A stretch of 64,000 nucleotides of DNA from Octopus vulgaris (lineage: Eukaryota), in contig OX597824.1 in NCBI GenBank assembly GCA_951406725.2, forward strand, positions 95,480,001-95,544,000, given 5' to 3'. The first letter of the stretch is position 1. Each line of letters opens with the position of its first letter. The translations under genes and the position numbers were made by a program. Below, piece after piece: positions 25,404 through 39,119 of the stretch. The notes under the pieces were generated by a model. It made no database searches. It saw only the letters and a list, made by a program, of their open reading frames with translations, and had not been told where the DNA came from.

Positions 25404-25776
25404 TTTTTATTTCACGGACTACAATATCGTTAAAGCAGCTGACGTTTGCTGACATAGCCTTTGTTTTGTTTGTTTTTTATTCATGGCTTGACAGTGATTT
25501 TGAGATATATAACCAAAATTAGAAACGTTAGATGACAGAATTTTGAAAAACATGAGATAATGAAAATCGGGTCTCCGTATCTTTATAGGGGTCTAATTTT
25601 TATTTCACGGACAACAATACTCTTTGAGTGGCTGACCTTTGCTGATATATTTGTTTTGTTTCTTTTTCTTTTTTTTTTTTTGTTGTAGTTGGAATTTAAA
25701 ATTTCTAACCAAAATTAATTATGTTAAATGACAGAATTTTGGAAACTACGAGATAATGAAAATCGGGATTCGGTAT
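25404..25776. repeat. Diverged ~190-bp tandem duplication
   Basis: TTTTATTTCACGGAC...TGACAGAATTTTG...GAGATAATGAAAATCGGG occurs twice. Confidence 0.75.
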
Positions 25777-26059
25777 ACATCCTTTTAATCATTTCCGATG
25801 ACTAGTATCGAAAGAAAAGTCTAAATTATTTTTTAAAAAATTATATTTATTTGAGATGATTCCGGAAAATAGTGAAACCATTACAGTTAATAGACTGGGA
25901 AGTACAAAGAAGATAATGAAATAATGAAGTAAATACTAACAGCGGTTCTCCAATTAACAAATTCCAGTTCTTCACCCATTTTTTGTCTATACATCATTCT
26001 ATAATGCAACTCGAATCAGCATCATCAATGAAGTTTCCTGGGGCCTTTAGGTGTTCTGG

Positions 26060-26780
26060 GTCTTTCAATATCAGACACCCCCTCACTCTGTGACTTGGCA
26101 GGGGCTCTGCATCTATGACAGCCTCCACTGTCCTTTGCTTTCTTCCTCTTCTTACCCCAATACCAACTTTGAGAGACTTTAAGGTCGCAGTAGTCTCGGT
26201 GTTACAATATCTCCAGCATGGATCACCACGAATTCCTCAAGCTGCTGATGGGGAGCTTCAGATTGTTCTCTCCAATCAGCGCAACGGTACTCAGATATCG
26301 AGGAAAGTACCAGTCATTTCCGAAGGAACCCGCTGGCTCTCTTCTCAAAGACGCCCCACCATCACCGTGTATACTGGGACCTCACTCATATGTCGAGAGC
26401 GGTCAAAGAATCGGGACGGAGGGGGAGAGGGTACCATGCTGGTAAATCCAGGCCTCAAACTTGCCAGGAAGATCTGATTTGCTCACTGTGGATAACCACT
26501 ACGCCATGTGACCGTGGGCATATGGCGTATTGGTTAAGAGCGCGGGCTACTAACCCCAAGATTCCGCGTTCCATTCCAGGCAGTGACCTGAATAATAACA
26601 CCGAAAAATACCTTAGGAATGAGAACCCAGGTTTAAATTTCCCCAACACCTGATGAAGGCTGGAGAGTATATCAGACGAAACGTTGTGTTAACAACAAAC
26701 AAGATGAAGACAAATATCCGTCAAATGTAAATAATGTAAATAAAGTACACAATTTCTCATCTCTTAAATATAGAACTGTA
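26060..26780 (+). mobile_element. Non-autonomous Penelope-like element with an internal tRNA-Arg-derived head and a hammerhead
   Basis: tRNA-like 26516-26588, hammerhead 26645-26690; a second partial copy at 55267-55481. The 5' boundary is approximate. Confidence 0.6.
26645..26690 (+). ncRNA. Minimal type I hammerhead ribozyme (Penelope-type)
   Basis: Stem I AACAC/GTGTT, CTGATGA at 26650-26656, stem II GGCTG/CAG(A)C, GAAA at 26678-26681, palindromic AACGTT stem III, GUU triplet. Confidence 0.65.
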
Positions 26781-28519
26781 TTCTTATTCTTTGTTAGCGA
26801 CAGCAACATGTAATCGCTGGTCTTGCTAAAAATAGCAACTAAATTTCTCTCAACGTCCTACCGCCTTAAGGGCACTCAAACACATAAAAGACGATATGGT
26901 CAAGGGTCTCGTTGGTCAATGTGTTTTACTCAGTAAAAGATGACTAAGAGTTAAACTACTGGGGTTGATTACATCGACCCCAGTGTGCAACTGGTATTTA
27001 TTTTATCGATCCCGAAAAAATTAAAGGTATAGTCAGTCTCGGCGAAATTTGACCAGGCATGTAGAAATGGTTAAGCTTTTTAGCATAGGATTGGTATGCT
27101 GTCCAACTTCACGTACATCAGAAGAGAGTTGGGGGAATGACAGCATTGTAAATTTTGATTTTGGTATCTATGTGAATACCTGGCTTGTGCCACACTCCTT
27201 GCCAAAGTTTTCCCAGAATCACAATCGCCCTGCCAAATCGTGATGACACTTCAGCATCGATGCAAGCATTTGATAGTGGAGGACTTTTAAGATGTTCAAA
27301 ATCTTCACCATCTTTCAGCGCAATCCCGCTTACTTTCAGTTAAGGAAGTTCGCAATGTGAAATTCTTGGGACAGGTTGATGCAGTACTTCCGTTTTTGAA
27401 GTCCTTATGGTGAGGCGACAGTTATTGCAAGTCTTTGAGAATTGGTTGAAACATGCTTGCATGCTGGAATCGTCTGGTGCAAGCAATCCACAACTGTCTA
27501 AAAACAGAGGTTCACAGAAACATAGATGGCTACCTTAGGTTTTTGCCAGCTATTTCACTGTATCCTTTTTGTCGATTTTTCTAAATAATACAAGTCTAAC
27601 CGACGCAGATAATCTCAACTAGTCTCCATAAATTCTACACACACACAAATATATTATTTGGTATTAATAGTTAATTTATTAAAAAAACAACACATTTACT
27701 GATAGTGAGACTATCTGTTAAGTAGAATGAAATTTATTGGTTGAATAAACCACTAAAACGAAAGAACTCGGATCCTTGTCAAATCAATACACACACGCAC
27801 GCGCACACACACACGCACGCGCACACACACACGCATATATGTGTGATAGGTTTCTGTACTGTTTCTATTTGCTGAATTTTGCTCCGCGGCACTGAAAAGG
27901 GTCATGGGCGCTACGCTTCCCCAACATGAGCAAGAAATATAAAAATTATAACAGGCACAGAACCATAGCCGTCTATGATTTGCCCATTTCTGAACAATAA
28001 ATGGTTCGCTTCCATCTTTGAAATAATTATCTTATCAAAATCAGGAAAATGTATGGTCAAGTAGCTGTTAATATTTTGTCTTATCCAAAATAGTGGATTC
28101 ATAGAATCATAAGTGCGTTAGACAAAATGCCTCACGGCATTCTGTTATGCTTTTTTATAGTTTGAGTTCAAATGCCATCGAGAGTAACTTTACTTTTCAG
28201 CCTTCCCTAGGCCGATAAAATAACCGATTAGTCAAATTATCAACTGTATCCTTTTCTCCCACAAAAACTGAGTTTATATCAACGCTAGAAATCACAATGT
28301 TTACTCATATCCCAAATTCAATGCCTTTTGGCCATATTTTAATATGTTAACCCATACCATAAACCGAAACCAGCTATTAAGAAGTTGACCCATTTCCTAA
28401 ATTTTAGACATTGGGCCCGTGTCACAAATGATTACATCGGTTTTAAGTTTTGGCACAAGGCCAGCAATTTCGAGGGATTCTGCCTGCTCGCCGCCTTCTC
28501 TCCTTTGTAACTACGCTTT

Positions 28520-28722
28520 TTTTTTACTCTTTTACTTGTTGCAGTCATCTGACTGCAGCCATACTGGAGCACCGCCTTTAGTCGAGCAAATCGACCCCAG
28601 GACTTATTCTTTGTAAGCCTAATACTTTATATATTGGTCTCTTTTTGCCGAACCGATAAGTTACGGGGACGTAAACACACCAGCATCGGTTGTCAAGCGA
28701 TGTTGGGGACACACACACACAC

Positions 28723-28773
<51 letters not shown>

Positions 28774-28944
28774 TATATATTCGACGGGCTTCTTCCAGTT
28801 TCCGTCTACCAAATCCACTCACAAGGCTTTGGTCGGCCCGAGGCTATAGTAGACGACACTTGCCCAAGGTGCCACGCAGTGGGACTGAACCCAGAACCAT
28901 GTGGTTGGTAAACAAGCTACTTACCACACAGCCACTCCTGCGCC
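28520..28944 (-). mobile_element. SINE family A, near-intact
   Basis: Full head, body and tail; most CpGs retained. Confidence 0.85.
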
Positions 28945-31827
28945 TATAAAATTTTTAACTACATCCCCTGTCACTTGTAATTTCTTGAAGAGATTTGAAA
29001 CCACTACCTACGTGTTGTGTTGCTGCTTACAAATCAAAATTTCCACTGCGCCAAATGAGTGGTCTGTTATTTTGTTGCGTTATCTCATTTACTCCAAGGC
29101 AGGGATATTCATATCAGCTGCAAGATAAGCTATTGTTTTACAACGGTACAAACCTTGTGCGAAATAAATGGTGGTAATACAGTGCAAATTTACAACCTCG
29201 ACAGGAAAGACAAGATAGCGAGTTCGCGCTTAGTTTAACTTAACATTCTTTTTTTTTTTCCATGAGCCTTTGGACTTATAAGTCTGGTTACCCGATTTCC
29301 ATGTGCATATAAGCGACCGAAATCATAATACCTCGCCTGAACGAGATGCCGGTCCGTTGCAGGGTTCAATGCCATCAATTTTTGAGGGGAGGGGACAAGT
29401 CGATCCCATGGACTCCAGTTCTTGACTGGTACTTTATTTTATTGACCACGAAGGAATGAAAGGTGATGTTGGCCTCGGCTGGATTTGAATTCATAACGTA
29501 AAAAGGCGAAAGAAATGTCGATGAACATTTTGTCTGATAGTACTAACGATTCTGCAAGCTCTTAATTTAGCATTTGCTGTTTTTATTTTCTACAACATTC
29601 AACGATGGTATATTTTAAAGAAGAGTGGAGAGAAAATGGCGGACATTGACTTAAGACAGTTCAGTGACAGGAAATGACAATTTGAAACATCTTCACACCT
29701 CGTTCTTGTTTTATTTTAAAATACTGACACATTCTTTAATGAATCTGTAGAGGAAGCGTAAAACGACTGTATCAGTTCCAAAATATTATTGGTATTTTCA
29801 TTTTAGGTATTTACTTTATTGACCTCGGAAGCACAAAAAGTAAAGGCAGAGAGAAAGAATTGAACCGAGAATTTGTAGAACAAAAACTAACCACAATCTC
29901 ACAAAATTATTTGCCAGGACATCTTGGTTAGCCTTGTACCTGACATTGCAGCTCTTCTTTTAAAACAACATGGTGGACGACTAAATGGTGATTTGATTCT
30001 TACTCTCTGATTGATAGAGACATTGTTATTCTTACGCATTCACCATGTAATATTATGAGAGTCGGAGAAAAAACGTGAAGGGAGAGCCTTGATATTGAAC
30101 CCGTTGAGAGCAGACAACATCTAATGATTATCATTTAAACTATAGATCTCACTGAGAAATGAACACTTTACTCAGTACTCGAAATTACTTTACTCAGTAC
30201 TCTTGAGTGCTTGATCATTTCATTCAAAATTCCTATCGAAACACGTCAAATAAACATTCTAGTCAAACTAGCCAACGCTGCATTTTAAGCTTAATCGCAA
30301 TTCTTATCGACACAACAACCAAATCATTAGCCAACACCCATTCCAGCAGACAAGTGAAAGCTCCGACTAAAAACACTCCACTCAGCAACCTATTGAACAC
30401 ATCAGATAACTTCGCGTTCAACAGTTAAAGTCAGTCCAGTTTTTCAATAAATACCTCAATCTAACTCCGCTTAAAACCTCTTTCTATAACCCCAGGCAAA
30501 TGAACACTCTCCGTTATCACCGTTATCATGCAGTGAGAGTGACTATGTTTAATCCACCCTTTTTATCATAATAATGACGTAATCATAATATTTCATAATA
30601 TTTTGGTGTCTAGCTTACACGAATGTTTCCACATTCCAGCCTGTATTAATATATGATTGCTGTAGCTGCAGAACTAGATTAATAATGTTTACTACAAACA
30701 CTTGTCTGTTGACGATGTTGTTGCACTCCATCTCCGAATGCAGGAATTGATGTCTCACCAAGCGGTGAATCATCTCTGTGGGTATTTTGGCCCCTTCCGC
30801 TTCGACACCAGAGCTGTTCGGGGTCATCCACCGACTCTGGGTCAGAAGTGTAGCTAATAAGGGAGCGACTACTCTCTGCGAACACATTTTTAAAAATTGG
30901 CTCCTTTTCAACAATTTTTTTTATAACTCTTTATAACTCCTTACATTCTGAGTTGAAACAACGCCGATATCGTTATAATATCAGTAATATACTGAAGCAA
31001 TTCTTAGCGGTATTTCGTCTGTCTTTACGTTCTGGGTTCAAATTCCGCCGAGGTCGACTTTGCCTTTCATCTTTTCGGGGTCGATAAATTAAGTACCAAT
31101 TGCGTACTGGGGTCGATCTAATCGACTGGCCCCTTCTCCCAAAATTTCGGGCCTTGTGCCTAGAGCAGAAAAGAATATAATGAAGCAATTCGCATAACTG
31201 TACATATTCCTAGGTCCATGCAAAGCTAGCAATAACCCCGTGGCCGGATGTGAAATACATCCCTCATTTCAAACGACTCATTTTATTCGGATTAACTCTT
31301 GTTTCAGTTATTGGGCTGCGGCTATGCCAGGGCATTACCTTAAAGGGCTGAGTCAAAACAAATCGACCCTAGACTAATTTTTTTAAAGTATGGTTCTTAT
31401 TCTATCGAACCTCTTTTACTGAATCGTTAAATTATGGGACCATTAACAAACACAGTTTTTAGACAGTGGAAGGACGGGACACAAACACAAACATGCACAC
31501 ACGAACACACACATGGCGGGCTTCACATAGTTTCCGTGTACCAAATTCGCTCACATGACATTAGTGGGCCTGGGGCTTCTGTAGAAGACTAAAGGTGTTT
31601 AGGCATGGGTACGGCTGTATAGTTAAGAAGTTTGCTTTGTAACCACGAGATTCGGGTTCAGTTTCATAGCGTGGCAACTAAATGCTCTCTACTGTAGCCC
31701 CTGGCCGACCAATTGCATTGTGAGCAAATTTGGTGGACGGAAACTACGTGAAATCGCACATGCGCATCTCTCTCTCTCTCTCTGCGTTGCTGTATTGTAA
31801 GAAGCTTGCTTCTCAGTAACATGGCTC

Positions 31828-31861
<34 letters not shown>

Positions 31862-33680
31862 GCTAAGCCTGGGGCTTCTGTAGAAGACTAAAGGTGTTTA
31901 GGCATGGCGTAATGCGGAGATTTTGAGTGAGGCTTCTTCCCTTGGTTAGAGGCAGGCAAGATTTATTTTTGGTTAAGTATGTGAAGCGCCGAGAGTGTTC
32001 TATGCTTATCGTTTCTTTTTTTTTTTTTTCAACATTTTCAAGTGAAAACTGGAACGCATCATAGACTATGTTAGCCCACATTTACTGAATCCTGAACGCT
32101 GAAGATGTTCCGAGCAAAAACAGGACCAATGAGAGGCAGCATAACAAAAGAGGAATGAATGTTTCCAGAACAAATCCCATCATTTAAGCAATTAAAAACA
32201 AACAAATAATTGAAAACTCAGTAAAAAAAATTCCCAATGACAGGCATCGATGACCTTGGCAGATGTTCGATTTCCTCCGTAAATTCCCAAGCTGATCTGA
32301 TGTTATTTCTGGAGTGGATAGATAAACGCCCATGTTTTGATAACCCCGTGATCGCTAATACACAGAGATAATACGAGTCAGTGGTCCTGGCAAGAGAAAC
32401 AACAACAAAAATCAATGTTGGTATTATCGCAGAATTAACTGATAAGAATAGTTAAAACATTATTCCATCGAATATTGGTAAACGGGGACAAGGATATTTA
32501 GAATGGGAACAATTGATTTAGAACTTTGCCAACGATATGATCGATAAAGTGCACGTAGAACCGCGTGGTTGAGAAGTGTTTCGTAGCCATGCCGTTCCAG
32601 GTTCGACCTCACCTCGCGCGCTTCACCATAAATGTTTTTTCCTGTACTCTTAAACTGACCACCACATCGGATGAAGGTGGGAATTGATAGACAAAAACTG
32701 CAAGAGCCTGTGAGATTTTTTCCATTCTTCGTCTTACGATGCACTTGGACATATCAGTGATGTTTCCTTGGGGTCACTTATATTTCAAGTCTTTGAACAG
32801 CAGACACCCTTGTGCAGATGACCAAGGCCCAGCTTGTATCCAGTTAGCACAACCCCTGGTGACACTGCTTCTTAGGCTTGCACCTCCTGATCTACAACTA
32901 CCTTGTTCTCTTTTGCTTCCAGATAATGAACCACCGCTCGGCGACGGCCCGATCCCTTCTCCATCGATAGAGCGAGGAAACTACGGAAGTGGCGGTTTTT
33001 CATCGTTGCAAACGCGCGCGACACCCCGACGCCAAACTGGCCGAGGGGGCGCTGCTAGACATTTGCTCTGCTTAAAAACACACTACGTGGTTTTCTGTTA
33101 GCGACACAATGTAGGTGTTCGTACACAGGACCTACGTGAAGGTGATTTACCAGGAACATTGGTTCGAGACAGGAGAACCGCGGAGCAGGCCGTGAGCATC
33201 TGACAGGTCCTCACCCTAAAAAAACAATAAAAATAAAACATCGTAGCACTTTTGAACATGGAGCCCTCTACCACTAGTCCAGAGCTTGAAAACAATCTTG
33301 TATCGCCTTGTAAAAATTTCTCTGCAAAGCCCTGCTTGTATGCAAGGAAACTGTTAGTGTCTATTATACAAACTAACGAAGTTACCCCATATCCGCTCTA
33401 ATGAGTGAGTCGCGACCTAAAGAAACGGGTCTTTGAATTGACACTCGAACTGCAAGAAATATTAATTCAATCACACATTACCATCTTATACAAAAGACGG
33501 AAACATTTGATAATGTAGTGCGGAGATATACTGTCTGAAAAGGAAGCGAGATGATACTCCATTAGAGCAGACCTGGATTCGTTCATTAGCGACGGTGATT
33601 CTATATAGCTGCTGATTCTGTTTCAAATAACTGTCAAAATCGCTTGTCTCTATTTGTTGCAAGAATACTGGAGCATCATA

Positions 33681-34236
33681 CGGGGTTATTCAAAAAGAAT
33701 AAACCGATTCCATTACGCAATATCTTAAGGAAAAGCAATAGAAAACTCCAGCTGAGTCCCAAGTATTTACTCACAATCAACTTTTATTTCCTGTCTGAAA
33801 AGTGTTCAATATGGCCACGGGCAGCATCAATGCGATAAGAGAATTCCTCCCAGACGCGTATCAGCATATTACAATCCACTGAGTTGATCGCTGTTGTTAT
33901 TCGATGTGTGATTTTTTTTTTCTTGTGGGGATATGTAAAAGATCGCGTTTATGTTCCACCGCTACCCACTAAGATCGATGACCTTAAACGTCCAATAACA
34001 CCAGGGATTAACTCAGTGAATCGTGATATGCTGATACGCGTCTGGGAGGAATTCTCTTATCGCATTGATGCTGCTCGTGCAGCAGGTGGTAGCCATATTG
34101 AACACTTGTCAAACAGGAAATAAAAGTTGATGATTGATGATGAGTAAATACTTGGGACTTAGCTGGAGTTTTCTAATGCTTTTCCTTATGAAAATAATGC
34201 GTAATGAAATCGATTCATTCTTTTTGAATAACCCTG
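33681..34236. mobile_element. Tc1/mariner-derived foldback MITE, TA TSD
   Basis: TIR CGGGGTTATTCAAAAAGAAT / ATTCTTTTTGAATAACCCTG, TA on both sides. Internal FFLWGYVKDRVY...DDLK..I...VW..F.YRI....GG.HIEHL transposase C-terminus. Confidence 0.88.
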
Positions 34237-36247
34237 TATAATTTTGCGCGCACACGCATTCTTTTACAAATAAATTTATGATTAAATTTTTATGGTGGAT
34301 GTACTTATTTCAAGACTTTTGGCAGAACCAGCGTGAATAAACATTCACAAATAAAGGTTTGCCCACCATAACAGCAATAGCAGTTATACCAATCGTAAAA
34401 AATGACAAGAGAGATATAGGGGTATTTGTGAATGAGCCCCGAATGGTTATATAAATTGAAAAGAACGATTGAGGCATATATACTCAGCGTCGCCTGCCGC
34501 AGGAAGACTTAAGAGTAAAATGGAAGCTAGCAAACTTGATGCAACTATTTTAGTACAGTTAAAATCGTTGCTATTCTGAGACGACCTCTGCCATGGACGC
34601 AATAATATCCAAACGAAACTAATTACAAATGAAATGGAGGAAGAGCTTATCATTTCAGTAATCTCAATCTCGTACTGTGGAATACGCACAAAATGTCGGC
34701 GTATCGTTTGTCACTACGTACGAAAGACGCCGAAGTCACGAACCAAAATGTCTTTTTCTTTTTGCCTCACCTTGATTAATGCTAAAACTCTAAAGAGTTA
34801 AATTAAATAGTAGCGTATGAGGGAGATAAAGCATTCACTGGATACTTTTGTCAATATTTTTGCAGCTCCAAGTTTAGACTTGTTTATATATCTGTGTGTG
34901 TGTTATAAGAAGCTGAAGTTTTTTTTTTAAATCGTTGCGTTGGGTTTCGCTGTGTCGATTATCCAGACGATTGAAAAAAGAGGGGCAGTGTAATAATATA
35001 ATAAGCATAAATATCTTTAAACACCAAAATATGATTAGTGATCGAGATGTTATTGGTTTCTCCCTCATCAAAAAGAAGTTAGAAAATGCGTCACGCATTC
35101 GTTTATTTAATTGCTTTATGCAGAAAATTTAAACTATTCACATTACGATATGATATTTTCAGATCTTCAGTATTATATGTATAAATACTTACAAAGCTAG
35201 GAAGGTAATTACTGATGCAGTTTAAGGGTTCATGGATAACCGAATGTCGTTTTTTTTATCTTTTTATTTTTATTTTTTTTAATATGAAGATCTTTTCAGG
35301 TATGAAAACTTCCTTGTTTGGAAAATAAACTATTTTGTCCAGTTGGCACTTGGAAATTCCTCAGACAGTATCGTCTGAAGTAACAAGAAGTAACCAATTC
35401 CAATGATAATTCTTTAGCTCAAAAATGCAAGAAATTGTCATGGAACGGTATATTTTTCTGAAGGAGGAAGATGGCCCCTTCTGGAGCAGTCAGTGTAAGA
35501 GTTGTGTATTCTATATTTGACCAATTAATTTATAATTGACAATTTTACCATCCTTTAAACTGCAGATATATTTAGATAGTGAAGTGTCTTTCTGGGTGTA
35601 CGAATGTATGCATATGTTGTTAGAATCTTTATTAAACTTAAGTAGACTTGCAGTGGTGGTCTGCGTCGGCAAGACGTAATATTTAAAAAGAAAAAAAGGA
35701 AAGTGTACAGTGAGATTGCCGTAAAGACTGGAGTATCCGACGTTTCGGGCAGAGTCCTTTGGGATAAAGCATATTGGAAGGATATACAAGACAACAGAGT
35801 TTTATATCCTCTATTTTTGAGAAATTGGCTGCCATTGATGGGGAACGCAGGATAACGTGAGCTAGCATATTTTAGAAGGAAGTAGCAGAAGAGAGAAACT
35901 AAGTGAGAAAGGGACCCGACATCACAAAATGTGTCTGAATACACATTGCCGGACAGCAAATAGAGACCCGGACATTGCTTAGAAAATAATTTTCATCTTT
36001 AACCTCGTATATAGTACGCACTAGGGATTTTGACCTTTAAATTTTTTTGGGGGGAAATGCGGATTATACTCGAGGATTTACGGTAATATAAACACACACA
36101 CACACAACCTGATGAATCCGATGATGGCTTAGCTGACCAACACTTCGAAGTTCTAATTACAGAACAATAAATTTGTACTGTACCAAAAGTATTGAGTAAA
36201 TTATTTTTACTACATTAAAAATGCGCGCACTCACACACACACACACG

Positions 36248-36312
<65 letters not shown>

Positions 36313-36847
36313 CTGAATATTCTTTTTTTTTTCCACATTGGAATCTATGCCAAATTCTAAGATAGCGCGTTGGTACATATGTCCATGAGGGTAATAAATG
36401 ATTAAAAAATTTCATTTTTTTCTATCTGTGTTTGTCTATATTTTTATCTATCAGGATGTGTGTATGTGTGTCAATGTCTGTGTATACACACCCTACTTAT
36501 TTTTCTGTATGTATCTACGGGTATATGTATATGTTTCTACGTACTTGGGTATACATGTATTTATGTGTTGTATGTACGTGATGTGTGCGTTTATTTGGAT
36601 CAGTGTAAATTTAGTATTTACCTATATGGGTTTGGGGTGCGTGTGTATTTATCAGCGTGTCTGTTGTGATGTGTATATGTATCAGTTTATATATTTGTAT
36701 GCATGAATGTGTGTGTGTGTGTCTCCTCTGCCTATCCCTCTTTCGGAAGGGCTGGTTGGGTAGCGGAAATTAATCGATTTTTAAAAGAAAGGCTAAGTCT
36801 TAAGTGGTTTGTGTAGCCATACGCAGACAAAGATTAAATTATTTCAA

Positions 36848-36880
<33 letters not shown>

Positions 36881-36882
<2 letters not shown>

Positions 36883-37290
36883 TGCAGGAGTGGCTGTGTG
36901 GTAAGTAGCTTGCTTACCAACCACATGTTTCCAGGTTCAGTCCCACTGCATGGCACCTTGGGCAAGTGTCTTCTACTATAGCCTCGGGCCGACCAATGCC
37001 TTGTGAGTGGATTTGGTAGACGGAAACTGAAAGAAGCCCGTCGTGTATATGTATGTATATATATATATATATGTGTGTGTGTTTGTGTGTCTGTGTTTGT
37101 CTCCCCAACATCGCTTGACAACCGATGCTGGTGTGTTTATGTCCCCGTCACTTAGCGGTTCGGCAAAAGAGACCGATAGGATAAGTACTAGGCTTACAAA
37201 GAATAAGTCCTGGGGTCGATTTGCTCGACTAAAAGGCGGTGCTCCAGCATGGCCGCAGTCAAATGACTGAAACAAGTAAAAGAGAGAAAG
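36881..37290 (+). mobile_element. SINE family A, near-intact
   Basis: Full head, body and tail, inserted next to (TA)n. Confidence 0.88.
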
Positions 37291-38303
37291 AGAGATATAT
37301 ATATATCAGAAAAGGCAATGAGCAGGCAGAAGTACAAGAGCGTCGCACGCCATCTTTTAGCGACATCGCTTCCCGATTCATTACATTCGGAGCCAAAATT
37401 CCAGTCAATTTTGCCTTTCATCCCTTTCGGATTCGATAAAATAAAGTACCAGTCAAGTACAGAGATCAATGTGATCGAGTCGACCCCTCTTCCCTCAAAA
37501 TCGATGGCCTTGTGCCAAAATTCGAAACGTATTTATATGTGTGTCTTTATGAAAAGAAACTCATACATATACAGCCGACGAAAACAAACACAGAAACACA
37601 CGCACTCACTCAGATAACCAAACTATTACAGTCAGACAATAAACACACACACACCGTTATAGAAGTTACAGCACGTACACATTCAGATAATGACACTATC
37701 AAAAACTTATAACACACACACACAGATAATCATACCAATAACACACAACGCACATAGATATACAGATAAGACAGTTCCCCAGAGAGTAAAAGATAGGAGA
37801 GAGTTTTCCTCTCTAACGAAATCGATTGCTCAACCGGGGTAACTTCCAAGTAACTGACTACAGAATTGTTTCACCGACTGGACTGCAACCGTACTCGGGT
37901 GACACCCTCGAGGGTTTAACCCATCATATCGTCCTCAATATTTATTTCTATGTAGTACTTATTTTTTATAGTTTTCCATTTATCGAAACGCTAAATTACG
38001 GTATATAAAATAGCACAAAATAATCACAGTTTTAACAAGAGTGAAAAATAAAGATAGGTGGGTAGGCTGGCGCACGCATACATCCCCGCATTTACTTAGG
38101 GCTTTGCACAGCGATCATGCTGGGGCAGCACTTTAAATGGTTCTCAACCCTGTTTTTAATCTACGGACCCCTTTGATTACTAATTCTGGTGGACCCCAAT
38201 ACCCTTTCCATGTTTAAAAACTAGTTTTACAGATAACTCTTCCAAAATTCTTATTTTGGTTTTCACACATTCAAGCTACACTTTGTGTAGCTTGAACTAT
38301 GTA

Positions 38304-39118
38304 CGTGGTCTGATCAATAAGTATCCGGACTGTTGCCATAGTAACGAAGCTAAAGCACGCAGAGTGAAACTGCTTGACCTCGAACTCTGCTGTGCATGCG
38401 TACTAAGTTTTAACGTTCTGACTCACTTCCACTGTTTACAGCAGTGCTTGGAAGGAAGGTGTGGAGCGTGTGATCGTCGCACTGACCATGATATAGAGAA
38501 AATTGAGCAGAGAATCTGTATCAAACTTTTCCAAAAGCATGGCGATACTCGTTCAGAGGCCTACGCAAAGTTTTCAAAAAAGTCTTCATTGTTCTCGATG
38601 CAATTAAGGAGATCTTGTGCAACTGAAACCCAAGTGTCCTTTTGGTCAGCTGAATGCAGTTTTGGCACAAACTTGGAAGACAGGTGTCTCATATCCAAAT
38701 CTCAAGTGAACTGAACCGTAACTAATCTGCACATCCTCTGATAACTCACGGATGGTGATTCGCCGATTTCCCCTCACAACCGCTCGCACACCTCCGATGT
38801 TTTTCTCAGTTCTGTTAGTTGTGGGTCTCCTTGAGCTTTTGTCGACATATTTCGACCATCTTGGAAACGTCTGAATCACTCGGACACTTCTGTGCGGCTC
38901 TTACACTCCCCTCCATACACTTTCTGCAACTTTGCGTGGGTCTCTGAACAGGTATCGCCATGACAACTTTTGTCTATCGTGGTCAATGCGACGATCACAC
39001 GCTACACACCTTCCTTCCAAGCACTGCTGTAAACAGCAGAAATGTGCTAGAACGTTAAAACTTGATGCGCACGCACAGCAGAGTTCATGGTTAATATATG
39101 CTTTAGCTTCGCTACTAT
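38304..39118. mobile_element. Mariner-derived foldback (two inverted 5' ends)
   Basis: Plus strand EQRICIKLFQKHGDTRSEAYAK; minus strand RPTTNRTEKNI..VRAVVRGNRRITIRELSEDVQISYGSVH...SSKFVPKL. TA at 38302-38303. Confidence 0.8.
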
Positions 39119-39119
39119 A

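Noticed and set aside
26516-26588. Functional tRNA gene (also the SINE heads at 41990, 48082 and 52843)
   Set aside because: Acceptor and T stems are broken and each is fused to a repeat body; these are tRNA-derived heads.
33036-33056. CTCF site (TGGCCGAGGGGGCGCTG)
   Set aside because: Only the 3' half matches, and the 5' CCASY spacing is wrong; insufficient evidence.
36109-36150. CTGATGA as another hammerhead
   Set aside because: No matching stem II or GAAA downstream.
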